This document shows, piece by piece, positions 1-14,850 of a DNA stretch of 64,000 bases. Position 1 is the first letter of the stretch; every line of letters starts with the position of its first letter. The stretch comes from Sphagnum compactum (Eukaryota): the NCBI GenBank assembly GCA_965153455.1, contig OZ234493.1, positions 31,424,213 through 31,488,212 on the forward strand, written 5' to 3'. The position numbers and the translations under genes were made by a program. The notes beneath the pieces were generated by a model. The model saw only the letters and a program-made list of their open reading frames with translations, was not told the origin of the DNA and did not search any database.

Positions 1-3000
1 TTAATTAACCAATGAACGAACTTACAGAGGTAAAATGTGTAAGTTGGTCTTTTAAATTATTTTAAATTAATTATTTTTAATGCAAGTTAGTTTTCGGTTT
101 TCTGTTGTTGTCCGGAGGGTTTAGGGTGTGTGTGTGTGTGTCTAGGGTAAAGTCCAGCCCCCCTTTTTTTTTCCCTTTCCCCCCTCCCCGCCTCTCTCAA
201 AGGTCCCGATTATTTCACCAAGTGTGAAGTCCTCAATTACATTCCAAAAAGGAATATGCACTTTTTTTGGATATTTGTATGTACGGAATCTAGTCTGTAA
301 GTAGATTCTAAACAAAGGTGTCATGAACATGGTGGCCCTACCCTATACATGAATGAATTAGGGATCAATTTTGATGATTGTACTCATTATATCTGATTTT
401 GAGTCAATAACTTACATGAGTTTCCAGAAGTTATGAAGCCCTAATACACAAGAATTGTTGTGTTTGTTTGTTGGTATACAATCTTTGCTAAGTTATGGGT
501 TTTGCTGCTTCTTCATCTACAACCTCCAACCTCCTCCTATCTCTTCATTTGTTCTTCTTAAGTTATTGCTACCCAGAATCCAGCCTATGCACCTCAATCA
601 CCCCATGTGGTAGACGACTTGCAATAACCTCAAGGGTTGATACTTAGATTTTCAGATATCATATTTGAGATACTTGATTCATTAAGAACTGGGTTTTTTT
701 TTTTTTTTTAATTTAAAATTTTGATACCCAAGTTAGGTTAGATGAGTTACCCCCAGGTTCGGTTCTTAAGGGTTTAAGGAGCAAGGAGTGTAGGAGTAGA
801 GAGATTAGAGGAGTTGGGTGTCTAAGAATAGGGGTCTAGGAGTAAGGATTAGAGCTTCATAATGAACCTTGCTGATTTGTTTAGGGTGTCCTTCCTAAGT
901 GGAGGAAGGAACCTTGCGCTGATATTAAGGGCCATTGTTAGGATTGGGCCCGGCTTATTATATTCCTTCCCTCCACTTTTGGGGAATTTCCAAAAATGGA
1001 ATTATACCTGGCAGCAGGTCTTTACGTCAGGTAAAGCCGTTGGTCGGTGGAGGGCATTACCGAAATTGGGCCTGCACTTTAGCTATCACCTCGTGTGCCC
1101 TTATTTTGGTGATGGCCTCCACCTAGGGCTTTTACCCTACACATAAAAGACCCACAGCTTGGGGCTTTTACCTAGCCCCAAAGGACCCTAATATGCATCA
1201 TTTAAAAATAATAATAGACTTTGCACTTGAGCTCTTTGCTGATAGCAAAAAGTGGTCTATTTTTGGATTGTACTTTGAAAGTAGGGAGTATGGTACCAAT
1301 TTCAGTTTCAAAATAACATTGCCACTCTTAGAGAATACTTTTGGTGCACATCCAAAACCCAAATTGGCTGCCACTATTTTTGGCCTTGACTAATAGCCCT
1401 TTGTAAGAACACCCTACCCTACCTATTATTATTCGGTTTCAATTTTGTTGTGGGCTACAGAATGTACAATTTTATTTTTTTGGCCACCATTAGATATTCT
1501 CACAAGTTTTGAAAGCAAATAGAGTTTTGAGTGTAAGTATCCCCCAAACTGGGGGTGCTAGGTCCCAGTTATGCCCCAAAACTGGGCACCCAATCAAAAA
1601 TGTCAGGACCATAATAGGTAATAGTACACAGCAAGGAAACAAAAAGGGGGAACCAAACTGATTTTCTCACCTAAATTGGTCCTCACAAGAGTTTCACCCC
1701 CAGTTTTGGATTTGCATTATCCCACCCACCTAGCCACCCCTCATCTATTTATCTACCCACCAACATTTTAAACAGGTACCTACCAAACCCCACCTACATG
1801 GTTACACCTACCTACCTGGTCGGCATTCCAATAGACCCAGTCCAATAGAGCCTCAACAGTTGAAAACAATGAGGAAAGAATAAAATGAAGAGATTACATG
1901 GAACTTGGTCTTGTTCATTGAAGCAAAGTAATAAAAGCACGATTAACATATTTGTCACCCCTTATGTAAGGATATAACAAACAAACATTAGCTATAAACA
2001 TGATGTTTTAATATGTTTGAAAGGTATTGTAAAATATTTTGAAAATCCAAAATATGTGAAAAACCCCAATGAGGATATTGTTGATTGTGTTCTGATAGTG
2101 TTTTCCACAATGGGGGTATTGCAAACTCAACACATTTAATGCATGTTGTACACATGTTTATCAAAACAAATAAGCCTAGATTAAACAATTTGATTTGCTT
2201 ATATTAGTGGTGTACTTAAACAATGTGGATTAGATTTAGCAATATTATGTTTATACATTTATTTATATTATTTAGCACTAACGTTAAAATTTTTGAGTTA
2301 TGGAGACAATAAATATTTATGAATTTTTTCTCCTTTTAAATCTAATTGAAATCAGACTCAATATGAATTTTGGGGAAAATTTGACATTTGCAAATATATG
2401 TCACCATACATTTTTATTTTTATTTTAAAAAAGAGTGGAAAAAAGTTCACATTGATAGACCAAACTAAAAGATAAAAGACACACCATGGCTTTCATTGAT
2501 TTGTTTGTTTCATTTAGTTTCTCCAAATTAGAGTTTGATTAATGATTATAATGAGATTTGATTTAATTTATGTTTGAATATTTCATTTCAATAATGACTA
2601 TGTGTAAATTTTTTTAGAGTCAAATGCAGCTAGTTGTTTAAAATTATCACGATTCATGGCATCCACCATTGAAATTGCTCCATGCAAATCAAGCTCCACC
2701 CAAGGTCCAAGCTACCCCCCTTGTTTCTCGTCATTCGTGTCAAGCTATGCACCCTAAACCCTAAACTTTGGTCCCAATAAATCTCAAGCGCTGGCAATGG
2801 AGCGCAAGCACAAAAGAGGGGTCAGCAGAATGAGGGAGGTAGATGGGTTGGTAAGAAGAAGGGTGGTAGGTAGGTTGGAGGGGCAGGAGCCCCCCCCCCC
2901 CCCCCCCCCCCACAAAATTGGTGTCAAGGGTGGCGAGAAAAAAAATTAATCAAAAGGGAGCCCAGAAGAAAAAACCATGAGTACATGGTCAAACTAGGGC

Positions 3001-3559
3001 CCAAAGACAGGATGACTTTAAGGATAACTCTATTTAATGGCTAATTTCACACATATATTGCCATCATACACCCTTCATGCAATTATTAAATACCCACTTT
3101 ATTTCTCTCAAGATTGGATCATGGGCAACGTTTTTTTGATTAATGTCCAAAGTTTTCACAGGTTTTAATTATTGACCATTTTTGTTGATGAAGAAGCTCG
3201 CTCGGCTTCAATTACAATTTCTACCCACTAAAGGATTATGCTTCCATGGCACCTTTGTGTGTTTTAAGGTTCCCCAAAATGAACAACTTTACATGTAAGG
3301 TTCTTCTTCTCCTACCCCTACTTGATTTTTGTCTTTCCATGCCAAAGTTTTCTTTCCAAGGAATTTCAAAACATATGTTGCATATAGTGTAATCTTTGGG
3401 GGCACTCAAATGAATCTTAGCCATCCCATGTAAAAGAAATTTTTTTCCCCTTTCTTGACCCCATGTAACGACCTTGGACAGGAATTTGGGCCCAACTCTC
3501 AGCTTTGGCCTCACATGCCACTCTCATTCCCCAAAGAAGAGCCCCATTCTCAGTCCTTA

Positions 3560-3840
3560 TCAGCAGGTTTCTTTAGCCGGAATTCTTTTGCCAACCGGTG
3601 AATTTTCTCTAAAATGGTGAAAAATATTTTTTGGGGGGTTTTCTAGCCACTAAATGTCTAATTTAGAAAATAATAATCACAACATTTCTTTATGACCTTC
3701 CAGAAATCAGCAAACAACATGAAAGGATGCTTAAATTTTATTATGATTTTTCATATTTAATTTGTAATCAGATTTTGGCTAAATTGTCTTATGGAAGATT
3801 GCCACTTCAGCTACATCACAAAAAGGAATTTAAGAAAAAA
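3560..3840 (-). mobile_element. Degenerate copy of the window's MITE-like repeat family
   Basis: Contains TTGGCTAAATTGTCTTATGGAAGATTGCCACTTCAGCTAC, a diverged reverse complement of the family core GTAGCCAAAGTGGCGATCATCCACAGGAAGATTTAGCC seen at 16377 and 16738. Boundaries are approximate. Confidence 0.45.
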
Positions 3841-3889
3841 GAAAAAGAAGAATTGTACACCAAATTTGATTGGATACTACTAGTATTTG

Positions 3890-4040
3890 TGGACTTTCAT
3901 AATTCCATGTCAGCTTACACAGATGAACTTTTTCAGGATGAAAGTCATCATCCACCTCCTGATGGATAAAGGCCATACATATGTAGGGTTTGGGAAATTG
4001 CTCCAAGGAGGATACATGGGTCCCATACCCACTATGTGTT
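3890..4040 (+). pseudogene. Possible Ty3/gypsy integrase C-terminus/chromodomain relic
   Basis: Across frameshifts it reads FHVS(L)...HHPPPD...GFG...KEDTWVP, resembling the FHVSxL-PPP-WxGY-EDTWEP pattern of chromoviruses. Very decayed. Confidence 0.3.
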
Positions 4041-7000
4041 GATGCCATCCAGGTGATGAAGTCTGAGAGAGAGTACTAATTTATGGCATATTTGGGAAAA
4101 AGTGTTTTGTTGGCATATCAAACTAATGTTTTCAATTCATTGATTGGAAAGTGAGAATTTGGCAATATTGGTGGTGGTAGTGTGTATTTTGTGCATGGAT
4201 AGATGAAAGCCGGATTCATTTCTTCCAAAATTTTTGAGGAAGCTCTTGAATTTTTATTCAACTTTGTTGAGCAACTAGATGGAGAACTAGCTAAGCCTCA
4301 AGTGAGTTCTGAGGTTGTTTCTTTTAGTTATTGACGCACATGCAAGACTTTCCTTGCATATGTGTGTTCACCACATTTTATAAGAAAGTGGCCTTTTGAA
4401 AGCAACTTCATCACAACAATTGTTGGCTTTCCTTGTTAAGATGCTACAATGGAAAGAGTTCATTTGGTCTCATATTTCGAGGAATATCGTATGTTTGAGT
4501 TGGATTTGGCATTAAATAATCTTTTATTTTCTTTTTCTTTTTGAAATTGGGACATTGAGGTGTCAAAATGTTTAATAAATCCATTTGTGAAATGACAAAA
4601 TCTTTGGAGAAGATGCACAAAAACTTACAACGAGGTGTTTCTCTCCCACCTTTGCCACTCACCTCTTTGCATTTTTACTTTGCATCCTCATTTGGACAAG
4701 CACTATGGAAACATCTATAAACTAAAAACTTGTCTTGTTGGTGCAAAGCATGGGGAACATATTCTAACATTATTTTCTCCTAAACCTATTTCAACAACAT
4801 CATCACACCATATAGGTGTGTGTCTTGTGTCAACTAACAAACATGTCTAATAAACATGGGGGCAAAAATGCACTAGCATTAACAGCTATGAAACAAAGAT
4901 GCAACAATAGTAACTATGAAACTACTAGATGCTTTGACAAACATGGAGATGAAGATGATTTCATTGTGTGTTATGACATCATATTATGATGTTATATGCA
5001 TAATACAAATGCACGGGTCCTAAAGCAAATGAAAATCAACAAGTTGCATGGTTTCATGAATTCATTCATGCCCAAACAACTCCTTTTCTTTTCATTTTGT
5101 TGTTGACCACAACTTGTGGGTTGATGCACAAGGCTAAAACACACACACAAAGTTCTTCATTTCAATTCTCAACTCATCCCCAATTCTCGTAAGGTCTTAC
5201 TTAGATTTTATGTTCCCCATGTGGTTGGATATTGGGGTTGGGGGGCATGTTTGTCGTCATAATGTTTTGTGATATCTGGTGACTACCCATTGGGTATCAC
5301 AAGAAAAGATTTTTTATAAAAATCCTAAGAATTTTCACATATGGTGAAATCCTTGGTTGTAGGTTATATTGGAATTAGTTCCATCTTGAGCAACCGTTCA
5401 ACCTCATGCCTTTACCTACCACATAAGGGGCAAAACCATTATGTGATGACCCACTTGTTACAAACTTAAATATCTCCACCAATGTTTTTCAATTTAATTG
5501 GAGGGCACTTTATTTAGCATAATTTTTCCTTTGTTGTTTGTGAAGCATTTCTAAAAATGAAATGCCCAATCCAATAAGCATTCTATTATTCAAAATGCCC
5601 CTAATTTTTTCTATGATTTTTTTGTGATACCCCTCAAGTGTCATAGGAGAAAAACCAAAAAAATTAATGTCAATTTTTTCATTTGATATGAAAACCCTTG
5701 GCCATGGATTTTACCAAAATTGGGCTTGAAGTTAGCTTGAACTCACAGTGTAAGTCATTATTTGAATAAAACTTATAGCCTTAAGTTTTACCATACACTA
5801 ATACCACTACTTACATGCATAATGATAATTATTATGTTGGAAATGTCATGTCTTACACACATAATGTGAATATTATAGGCCTATGATGAAAATTTAAGGG
5901 ATGAAACCTTAATTTGATGGAACAATACCATCAACTGTTGAAAGCTGAATATGACAAAGCTTTTTGCAATTAGTGGTGATAGGAAAGGAAAATGTGGTAT
6001 GCATGGCTATCTTTTCTTCATTTGTTTTCTTGCAAGTTATGAACATTGCGGGTATTATTGTTCAATAGTGCTTGCATTGTTGATGGTTTTTCATTGGGAG
6101 AATGTTTGGTGGTGTTGGTTTTGCGTTTTCGTTTTGATGGACTTTAATCAAAGAGAAGGTGCAAGCACACAAGGTGAGCAAACCAAACATTCAATGATTT
6201 GAAAAAACAAAGTACTTGATATTCAATTGTTGTGTGGCTTTTTGATCTTTATTGATTGTGAATTTGAATTTTCGATATGTGCTTTTGGTGCTAGGATAAC
6301 TATTTCAATTAATGGGGAAAAATGCCCCTTGATTGAGAACTCTTATGACCTAGCCAAATTAATGAATCTTTGTTACGCCATAAGCTTTGATGGAGGGATT
6401 AGAAGTTTAGAAGTAGTTTATAAGGATCAAAATCATGGATGTGATGAAAAACCATAAAGGTTTTGGGATTGGTCAATGGCAATTTAGTTATATTTTGTTG
6501 ATTTTGAGGAGGTTGTGTTGTTGCCAAAAGGAAAGTGTCCATTAAAATGCATTAAAATGGCAATTCATAAATGAAGGTTTATTCTATCAATGTTTGGATT
6601 ATGGATTATGTTGACAAGTTGTTTGGAATTCTACTTCATTTTTTTCAAACCTCTAGGTATAGATTGTGAAAATTATTATATGTTCATTATGTGGGGAAAT
6701 TTTCAGTTGTGTTGGTGGGGTTGTTTTGTGAAAGAAGTTTGTAACCATGGGTGTTTCCATTTGTTCAAAGACTTCTTTGCACATATGTGAGGGATATGTT
6801 ATGTATTGTTTCAGTGGGAAATTATTTTGTATGTATTGGGATATAAATCATAAATGAAATTGCCATAAATGATCATTGAGCTCTATAATAGGAAATTGAA
6901 GGGATCTAATCCATGATGACCTTTAAATTAGATGGTTTTGGACATGTAGTCTGATGCCTAGTCAATTTGTTTTAATTTGAGGTACTTGAAAAGTTTATTC

Positions 7001-10000
7001 ATTTCAAATCAATAGAATATGGTTGATGATTGGCACATTCATGGGGGTGTGTGATATTGTGCTCCCTCTTATTTTGTTATAAGCCTTGACATTCTTCATG
7101 TTCAACCAAAGTTGCGTAATTGAAAAAAACCTACTATGAGTAACTTGCACCATTAAATTTCCAATTTCATCTTGTTTAAAATCTACATTAACCACCATAA
7201 TAGTTGCAAAGCTTGGTATCTTCAAAACCACATCACCTTGATGTGGTCCTTCATGATTCCTTCATCAAAAGTTCCAACACTTCATTCTCTAATGTGTTTT
7301 TTTTCTTGTTCTTTTTTTACAACAACTAATAATGTCTTCTCAAGCCTAAAGGAATTCATCTTTACCTACTTTTGCATCTCTTACCTATTCTCCACAAGTT
7401 AGATGTAAGCTACAATGGCTCACTTTTGTGACGAAACATTATTTTTTCCCTAAGTACCCTTTATTCAAATGCATATGGTGATTAATATATCCAATCTACT
7501 AATTGGGATTTGGATTTAGACTAAAATTTTTATTATGAAAATAATTATGTGGTTATTTATTGATAAAAATTTCATTTGTTAATAGTAATGGATTTTTTTA
7601 ATTGAAAATATAAACTAATCATCTGACTAAAACATCACAAAATGAAAAAAATTATATCAATTCACATTCCAAAAAATTTATTGGGACTCATTATATAATG
7701 TAATACAAGATGATAAATTTATATAAATAATCTTTTCTTTGAAAACCTTAACCGTTTAATAGTTAGGGACTTTTGAATGATTAAAATTTGACCATATTTT
7801 CATAAGTTCATATGAGTTGCAATTTTTGTTTGTTTTTCGAAAAATGGAAAAAAAAAATTCTATTTCTTTGTCCCAAAAGCATATTTTTTGAAAGTTTTAC
7901 ATGGGGCATCATTCATATGGACTTTGTGGGTTTTCCTTTTAGGTGTAGACAAGGGTGTTAAAAATAAAGTAAGGTTAGAGCACTTGATGTTCCCAAAATA
8001 AGTGCTAGAGCTAACAAAACAATTATTTTGGAACACTTCAATTTATGGGCATTGTCATGTAAAGAACAAGTTTTTTTCATTTTTTTCCCATGATACATGA
8101 CAAGTATGTTTAGAAAAAAATGGGAAAAAAAAGTTAGCCATTTTGAAAAATGAAACACTTCTTCCTTTTGCAAAGGAAAAATTCCATTTGATAATGTGTT
8201 GATAAATGGACAACCAATTTTAATTCTAAGAGGAATATATGTTCAACAAACAATAGTAAAAGCTTTTGAGCATTTTGAAAACAAAGGTTTTTCAAACAAC
8301 TAATGCATTCGTGTAGTTAATTATTACAGTATAAGAAACAACCAACACTGATTTGTTACTTTCTCAAATCTTTGTGACTCTAGCTTTTTTGTGTATATTT
8401 GAAGAAGTGATTTTTTTTTTCTTTAACAACAAAACAAATGTGGTGAAAATTGTACACGGAGTCGTAGCATGTTTTTTTCGTTAATCACAGAACCAAACAT
8501 AAGCAAATTATACAAGGAGGTGTAATAGCTTATGAAGAAGCTATTAAGATCTTAAGAAACCAAAGATGATGGAATGAAAATGTAAAATTTTATGCGCAAA
8601 GCCATGCAAATGGGTCCTTTCATAGTTTTTGGTACATCATAATTGTAGTAGAGCAGGAGTGCTTTAACATAGGATTGTGAGAAGTTTGCCACAAAAGTTT
8701 GTTTAAAATCCCAAGCCATCACGATAATGAAATTTTAGGGTTTATGAGTTTAGATTTAACTTTGCAATAGAACAAATTTGTTTTCCACCTTGCACAAAAA
8801 AGTCCAAAGCTCGTGTGCTTACGTGTTGTAACCAAAAATAGTTAATAAATAAATAAATAAATAAGGAAGGCCATAGAAGTGGACTAGGTTTTCATTTAAA
8901 ATCCATTATATTTGGGGTAACTAGTCCACTAAATGGTTAAATTAAGGGGTTTTATTTTCTCTGTGAATTTCTTCTTCTTTGTATCTAGTTTGTGACATAG
9001 GTAGATTGTGGGACTTAAGTAATAAGGGAAAATAATTGAAAGTAGTAACACTTGGTATTATAAGCTCCTTTCAACGCGAGTAAAAACCAATGCAACATAA
9101 AATACATATATCGTTGGGTCACCTAACCAATCAGTGAGCTAAAAGCGTTGTGGTGTGTCCTACGAGCATGTGAAGATTCAACAAGCTTTCCACCACAAAA
9201 TTAGGTATCATTTGAAACTTTGTTGTAATATATAGTTTCTAAAATGGATTAGGATTATTGAGAAGAGGCTAACTAGTCCATTACAATTGGTTTTTAGGAA
9301 ACTTTTGTGTGGCATTATTTGTTTCAAATCTTACAGGACTAGGAACAAGTGAAACATGTAATATTTTGGTATTAGGGTGTTTTGGTTGTGTTGAACCCAA
9401 TAGAATAATGATCATGACACCTAATCCTATAGCAAAGTTAGGGTTTGGCTTTGGCAGAATGCTTTAGCCATGGACCCCTAAGAGGTTTCCTATCCTTTTC
9501 CTTTTGAAATGTGTTTAGTCTTATGTGGTGGCTTTGTAAATTTATGATTGCCCTATAACAATAAATAGTATTTGGAAAGTGGGGCCTATTATCTTAATAG
9601 GCCTCTTTCCTCATGGGCATTAAACATCCCATGTCTCTTAATGCATCATGTTTCATTGAACCTTGTAGTCCCCATCGTTCATTTGTTCTATCGCCACCAC
9701 AAACCTATTTTCTACACCATCTCCCATGTAAACCACAAACCACCCACTAATTCCCCCTCCCTTTTTAACAAACCACACAATACTTATTAATTCCCCTTAC
9801 TAGCCCGTAACCCTTCATGCGAATGTTGGGCCCAACTTACATTTTCCCAAACCCCCTTGATCATGCACAAGTAGGACCTTTTCCCCCTTCCATTCCACCA
9901 ACCCCTATAGTTGCCCAAGATCAGACCCCCCAACCTACCCCCATTTCTTCAACACACTCGTAACTTCCACCTAAAGTCTCATGCCCCACATGTGGGCGCC

Positions 10001-10199
10001 AATTTACCAATTGAAGGTTAACTCATCATTAACATTTTTATCAAACATCCAATTCAATTAATCCAAACCCTTGTGACCATCCTAGCTCAATACCTTCCCT
10101 TGCTCCCACCCTACTTGCATACGCTTAAACTTAAGTTTCATCATTAGATGTCTTTAGGTCCTTTGATTTAGGTCTTTATCATTTTTGATTGTATAACTG

Positions 10200-13100
10200 C
10201 ATCCCTTTCATTCAATGGCATGATGTATAAGTAGTGTTTCGTTTTTCATTGGATAAATTAACACAAGAACCCTATGATGTGACATTTTGACACTTGCTCC
10301 TTTTGTTATCCCAATGGTGTTTTGTTTTGCCCTCTTGTGGTGGGGCAACATGCCATAAAGAATTGTGGGTTTAGCTCAAGCACTTTCTAGTAAACAATTC
10401 GAAAAACTTGTTAGAGGAATTTTTTTTATAGGCCCAAGTTTTGGTGGTAAGCTCAAATGCAACGTTTTTTCCCCAACATGACATTTTAGCTCATAAATGT
10501 TTTTTCTGTAGTTTAATTTTTGGATGTGCAAGTGATATTTTTGAGCAACTTGTAATTTGGCATCATTTCCCCTTGCACCCATGTCCTTTAGCACCACCTC
10601 AACTCTCATCGCATTACACCCTAAATCATATGGTTATTTCTTGTTTTTCTTAAAAGACTATAAGCTAAACCAGGACTTCAAGTTTTTTTTAATTCCTTTA
10701 AGCTAACATTCCAATGCATGTCACATTTATTAATAAGTGGTCATTTTGGTATGGTCTTTGAACACCTTCAAAACAATTTTCCCTTAAAAAATTCAGTGAA
10801 TGGTTTCCCTTAGTTGTTTCAATTTTATTCTGATATCACACAAGGTGACATTCCACCTTGAATTCCACTTATCCTTGGAGTGGCCCACCTCTTAACCATG
10901 ACCAAACCTTTAAGTGGAGTTCATCCCATGGTAATGGGGGAAACATTATATTAACGATTCACAAGTTGCGTTCTATGCTTTCAATTTCATAACACTTTTG
11001 CAACACATTTCTCTTCGCATTAATTCAAAGTTGTAATTAAAGGCGGTTGTGAAACAATAATCCATGCCATTATGTGCACCCTAGACCTTCACCTCGACTG
11101 GGTTGTTTTCCAACTAAACATGGCAAACACTTTCAATTTGGTGTTAAGAAAGGTCATATTTCAAAAATTTGGTGCAATAAGTGAGGACATTATACAACTC
11201 ATCCCTTTTTGTGCATTTTATGCACTTAAACCCCCCTTATTTTACAATCACCATAATCATGAAGGTGATGTCATAGTCATCCCATTTTCCATGGGAATTT
11301 GTTAAGGTGATTCCTTGGGAGGGACACTATTCACTTTAACCCACTTCAAGGCTTTACATTTTATAGTTAATCGTTTCCCTTTTTGTTTATTTCCATCAAT
11401 TGCATATGACCATATTTCACATATTTCACATTGTATATTTCACACCAAAGGTCCCCTTTTAATTGTATCATCTACATATGATGTCACATGACATATTAAT
11501 TGAATTTGTCCAAAATAAATTTAAATTAATATTTAAATATGTAGGTCGAACTAGGTACCTACCTACCTACCTACCTACCTATTTAGGCCAAATACCTATT
11601 TTGGTAGGTAGGTAGGAAAGTAGGTAGGTAAATTAGGGAGGTAGGTAGTTACGTGTAAATACATGAATGTTTATATTTTGTTTTGGGTTAAGTCTTTTTG
11701 ATTTGCTCATCCCATATACCCATGCTTTTTAATATGAAAATGTAAGACAAAACACCTCGCTTATATACTTTTCAAAATGAGAATGAAAGCTAAAACATAT
11801 GGGATAAACTTTTTAGTTATAAGTAGTTTGCAACTATACATTTTTAGTTGCATACTACTTAAAATTAAAAACTTTATACCAAAATTTTAACCACATTTCA
11901 ATTAAGCAGGAAAATGATTAAATAAATAGTTAATTAATGAATTAATTAATTCACTAATTCACTAATAAAAATTACTACTTAGTTAATTGAATATAGATTA
12001 ATTAATTAATAAACTTGAAAATAATAAATTTAAATTGAATTGAAAACAAACTAATTTTTTATAATAACAATCATTAGTAATTTTTAATTACATAAAATAT
12101 AATTAAATAAAATAATTATATTATTAGTTATAATAAAATATTACAAAATTTATTAATTAAATAAAGAGTAATAGTATATAATTTAAATCATATATCAACT
12201 ATAATGATATATCAACCAATTTAATTGATTAATAATTGGTTAATATTGAAATAATTAAATAATTATTAATAAATAATATTTTTCAACCAAATTAATTCAC
12301 ATAATAATTAGAATAATAAATAATAATTATTAAATAATTATAAATACTAAATATTAATTTAACGAACTTTAATAATATAATTAATACTTAAACTAGATTA
12401 CTATTTTATTATAATTAATCCCATTATTTTTTCATTTCTATAGTTATAACTAAAAATAAATAAGATATTTAACAATAAAAATACCATTAATTCAATTATT
12501 ATTGTTGGTAGCCAAAGTTAGCTATTTTATTTTTATCATTCATATTATTACTTCATTCATTATAACTATTTATGACCTATTACAATGAATATTTTATATT
12601 TTTATTAAACATATTTTCCTTGGAAAATGAATTCTGCATTTGTATAATAATTTATTAGATTTTTTTACTAACTATTATAATAATTTTTATAAAATAATAA
12701 AATGTATAATATATTTTAATAATTGATTACTTATAGTAATAATAATAATGTAATTTATAACTAACCCACAAGTGACATAATTATATTATAACTATTATGA
12801 TTTATTATAATTAATTTTTTGATAAATGTAAAATTAATTCTAAATAAGTACATTAGTATTTGAAAATAATTAATAAAAATATAAAATTATATTATATTAT
12901 TTTAGTAACTATTACAGTAATTATATTATTATTTTTCTTATCATATTAATATTATCATCATCATTATTATGGAATTAAAAATATTATTAAAAAATTTAAA
13001 TTAAATATAATATTAAATAAATATTATAATGTAATTAATATCAATATGTAATATAATATAATAATAAATGTCATTTGTAATAATTTTAGAAAATATAATA

Positions 13101-14850
13101 AGATAATTTGGATAAACTTGTAATATGGCCACAATATATTTAATAAATATCTGACATAAAATTCTAATATGCTCAAAATATATAACTAGTGTAACCATAA
13201 TATCGAGGTCATTTATGGTAATAATAATATTTGAATAAACATGTAATATAATCTTTCATGTACATTCAAAGTATACATTTGTAAATGTTAATATACCTAA
13301 TTATATTCCTTAGAATACAAAAAATAAGTAATATACTTAATTATATTCCTTTAGAATACAAAAAATAAGCCTTTGTATATTCATAGTGTTGTAATTAAAT
13401 AGGTCAGATTTGATGGGACATGAGTTGTTTTTCTTGAATGAAAACCAAATTAAATGTTGTTCACATGGAAGGATGAAAACCAAAATAATCACAAACTAGT
13501 TGTAGTGGAATCACAAATATAACCAAAATAAAAATAGTTGCAAAAATATTCAAAGGTAGTCACAAATGACTAATAATTGTATGTAGTTGCAAATAAAATG
13601 GTTACATTTTGGCCAATTTTACTAGTGCATCGCCCCAACAATCCATTTAGGGAATTGAACCCTTGTAACTTCAATCATAGTTGTTAGGTTTATGGTTGAT
13701 CAACGTTCATTAGTTTTTGAAGCCTTAGCACGAGTCGATAACAATACCTTCCCTTTCGAACAACACTTCAAAGCAACATGTGATTTTTTATTGCCCTTAA
13801 TTCACATGTGTCTTCTTTCATTTGAACAATTCATCGAACAACAAATGATTTAATTTCAAATTTTCATTTTGGAGCATTTGCATCATCATACCTTTTCCAA
13901 CATGCTTTTCGACAAGATAGCTGAAGCCCATTATGCTTGAATTTTATCATGTTTTGGCCTAGGGGCAAACACTTGGCTTACAATTGACCAATCTTTCTAG
14001 CCTTTCGATTATTTTCTTTAGTTTTTTCCACAATGCTTCGAACACAACTTGGATTACCCCATATTTCAATTGCAAATATCCCTTGATGTGTGTGCACACA
14101 TCCCATCAACCCTATGGGTATCCACCTTTTACATTGCGTTCATGGTGACAAACACATAAGAACCCATGATGTAGTTTGTGACGCCTTTGTTGACATTGGG
14201 TGAAATGCTGGCTTTCACATGGGACGGGAACAATTACATGTGATTCTTTCAACCATGTTCAACCTTTTGTCGACGACTTGACATAGATGGTATTCACACT
14301 CTAGTTGACATTGTCATTGCCAACCCAACATGAGTGGATCTATTTCCCTGATCTTGCGCAACCCAAAGATTTGTAACATTCAATGTGGCTCAAACCAAAG
14401 AAAGGAGCTATTATGATTAACACCCTACTGATCAATTCCTCCCTTTGGCAAATGAGGTATTTGGATGCCTACACAAATAGGTTGATGTGTTTTTACATGA
14501 TTGTGCCAATGTCATTTGAAGCTTGAAAATGTCAAAAGGTCGTCATCTTTTTGTTTTGGTTACTTTTTTTCATCAAAAATTTCAATCACATTGCAAAAGA
14601 TGTAATCATCTTTCATCTTAAATTAGGCAGTAGCCATAGGCCTAGTTATTTCCCAACTTCCACCCCTTCAAAACACACCTTCCATCACCATGGCCAACCT
14701 ATTATAGATGGTCAATTTTTGGCATGGAGACAATTTGGACACCTAGTTTGAGCTATATTGATGTCTTGTAAATTCTCCATTTTCCTTTTTCTTATTCCTT
14801 TGTATGCTTTCCAAATCTACAATGTTTTTATAAATAAAGTTTTGCAAGGT
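10200..14850 (+). mobile_element. Decayed CRE/R2-like non-LTR retrotransposon (RT + CCHC + restriction-like endonuclease), split by an insertion
   Basis: RT-like peptides LLTMTKPLSGVHPMVMGETLY (~10890), CTLDLHLDWVVFQLNMANTFN...GIC*GDSLGGTLF...FPSIAYD (11072-11410; decayed QGDPLG and xADD motifs). CVCTHPINPMGIHLLHCVHG...THDVV zinc knuckle at ~14087-14175. Many stops and frameshifts; ends near AATAAA at ~14833. Confidence 0.7.
11480..13627. mobile_element. Extremely AT-rich insertion with a CACTA-like right end
   Basis: Interrupts the CRE-like relic. Ends in CTAGTG (reverse complement CACTAG) after repeated TAGTTGCA motifs. The last ~250 bp resemble 46420-46636 (shared GGAAGGATGAAAA, AAATAAAATGRTTACA). 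Begins with (CCTA)n facing (TAGG)n. Confidence 0.4.

Noticed and set aside
862-1146. 94-aa ORF as a gene
   Set aside because: No recognisable domain or splice structure; it lies among repeat fragments.
2890-2911. C22 homopolymer as a functional element
   Set aside because: Long G/C runs are common in this window's repeats and homopolymer length is error-prone.
5850-7000. Possible decayed transposase coding region
   Set aside because: The composition looks like a decayed TE, but I could not read any diagnostic motif.
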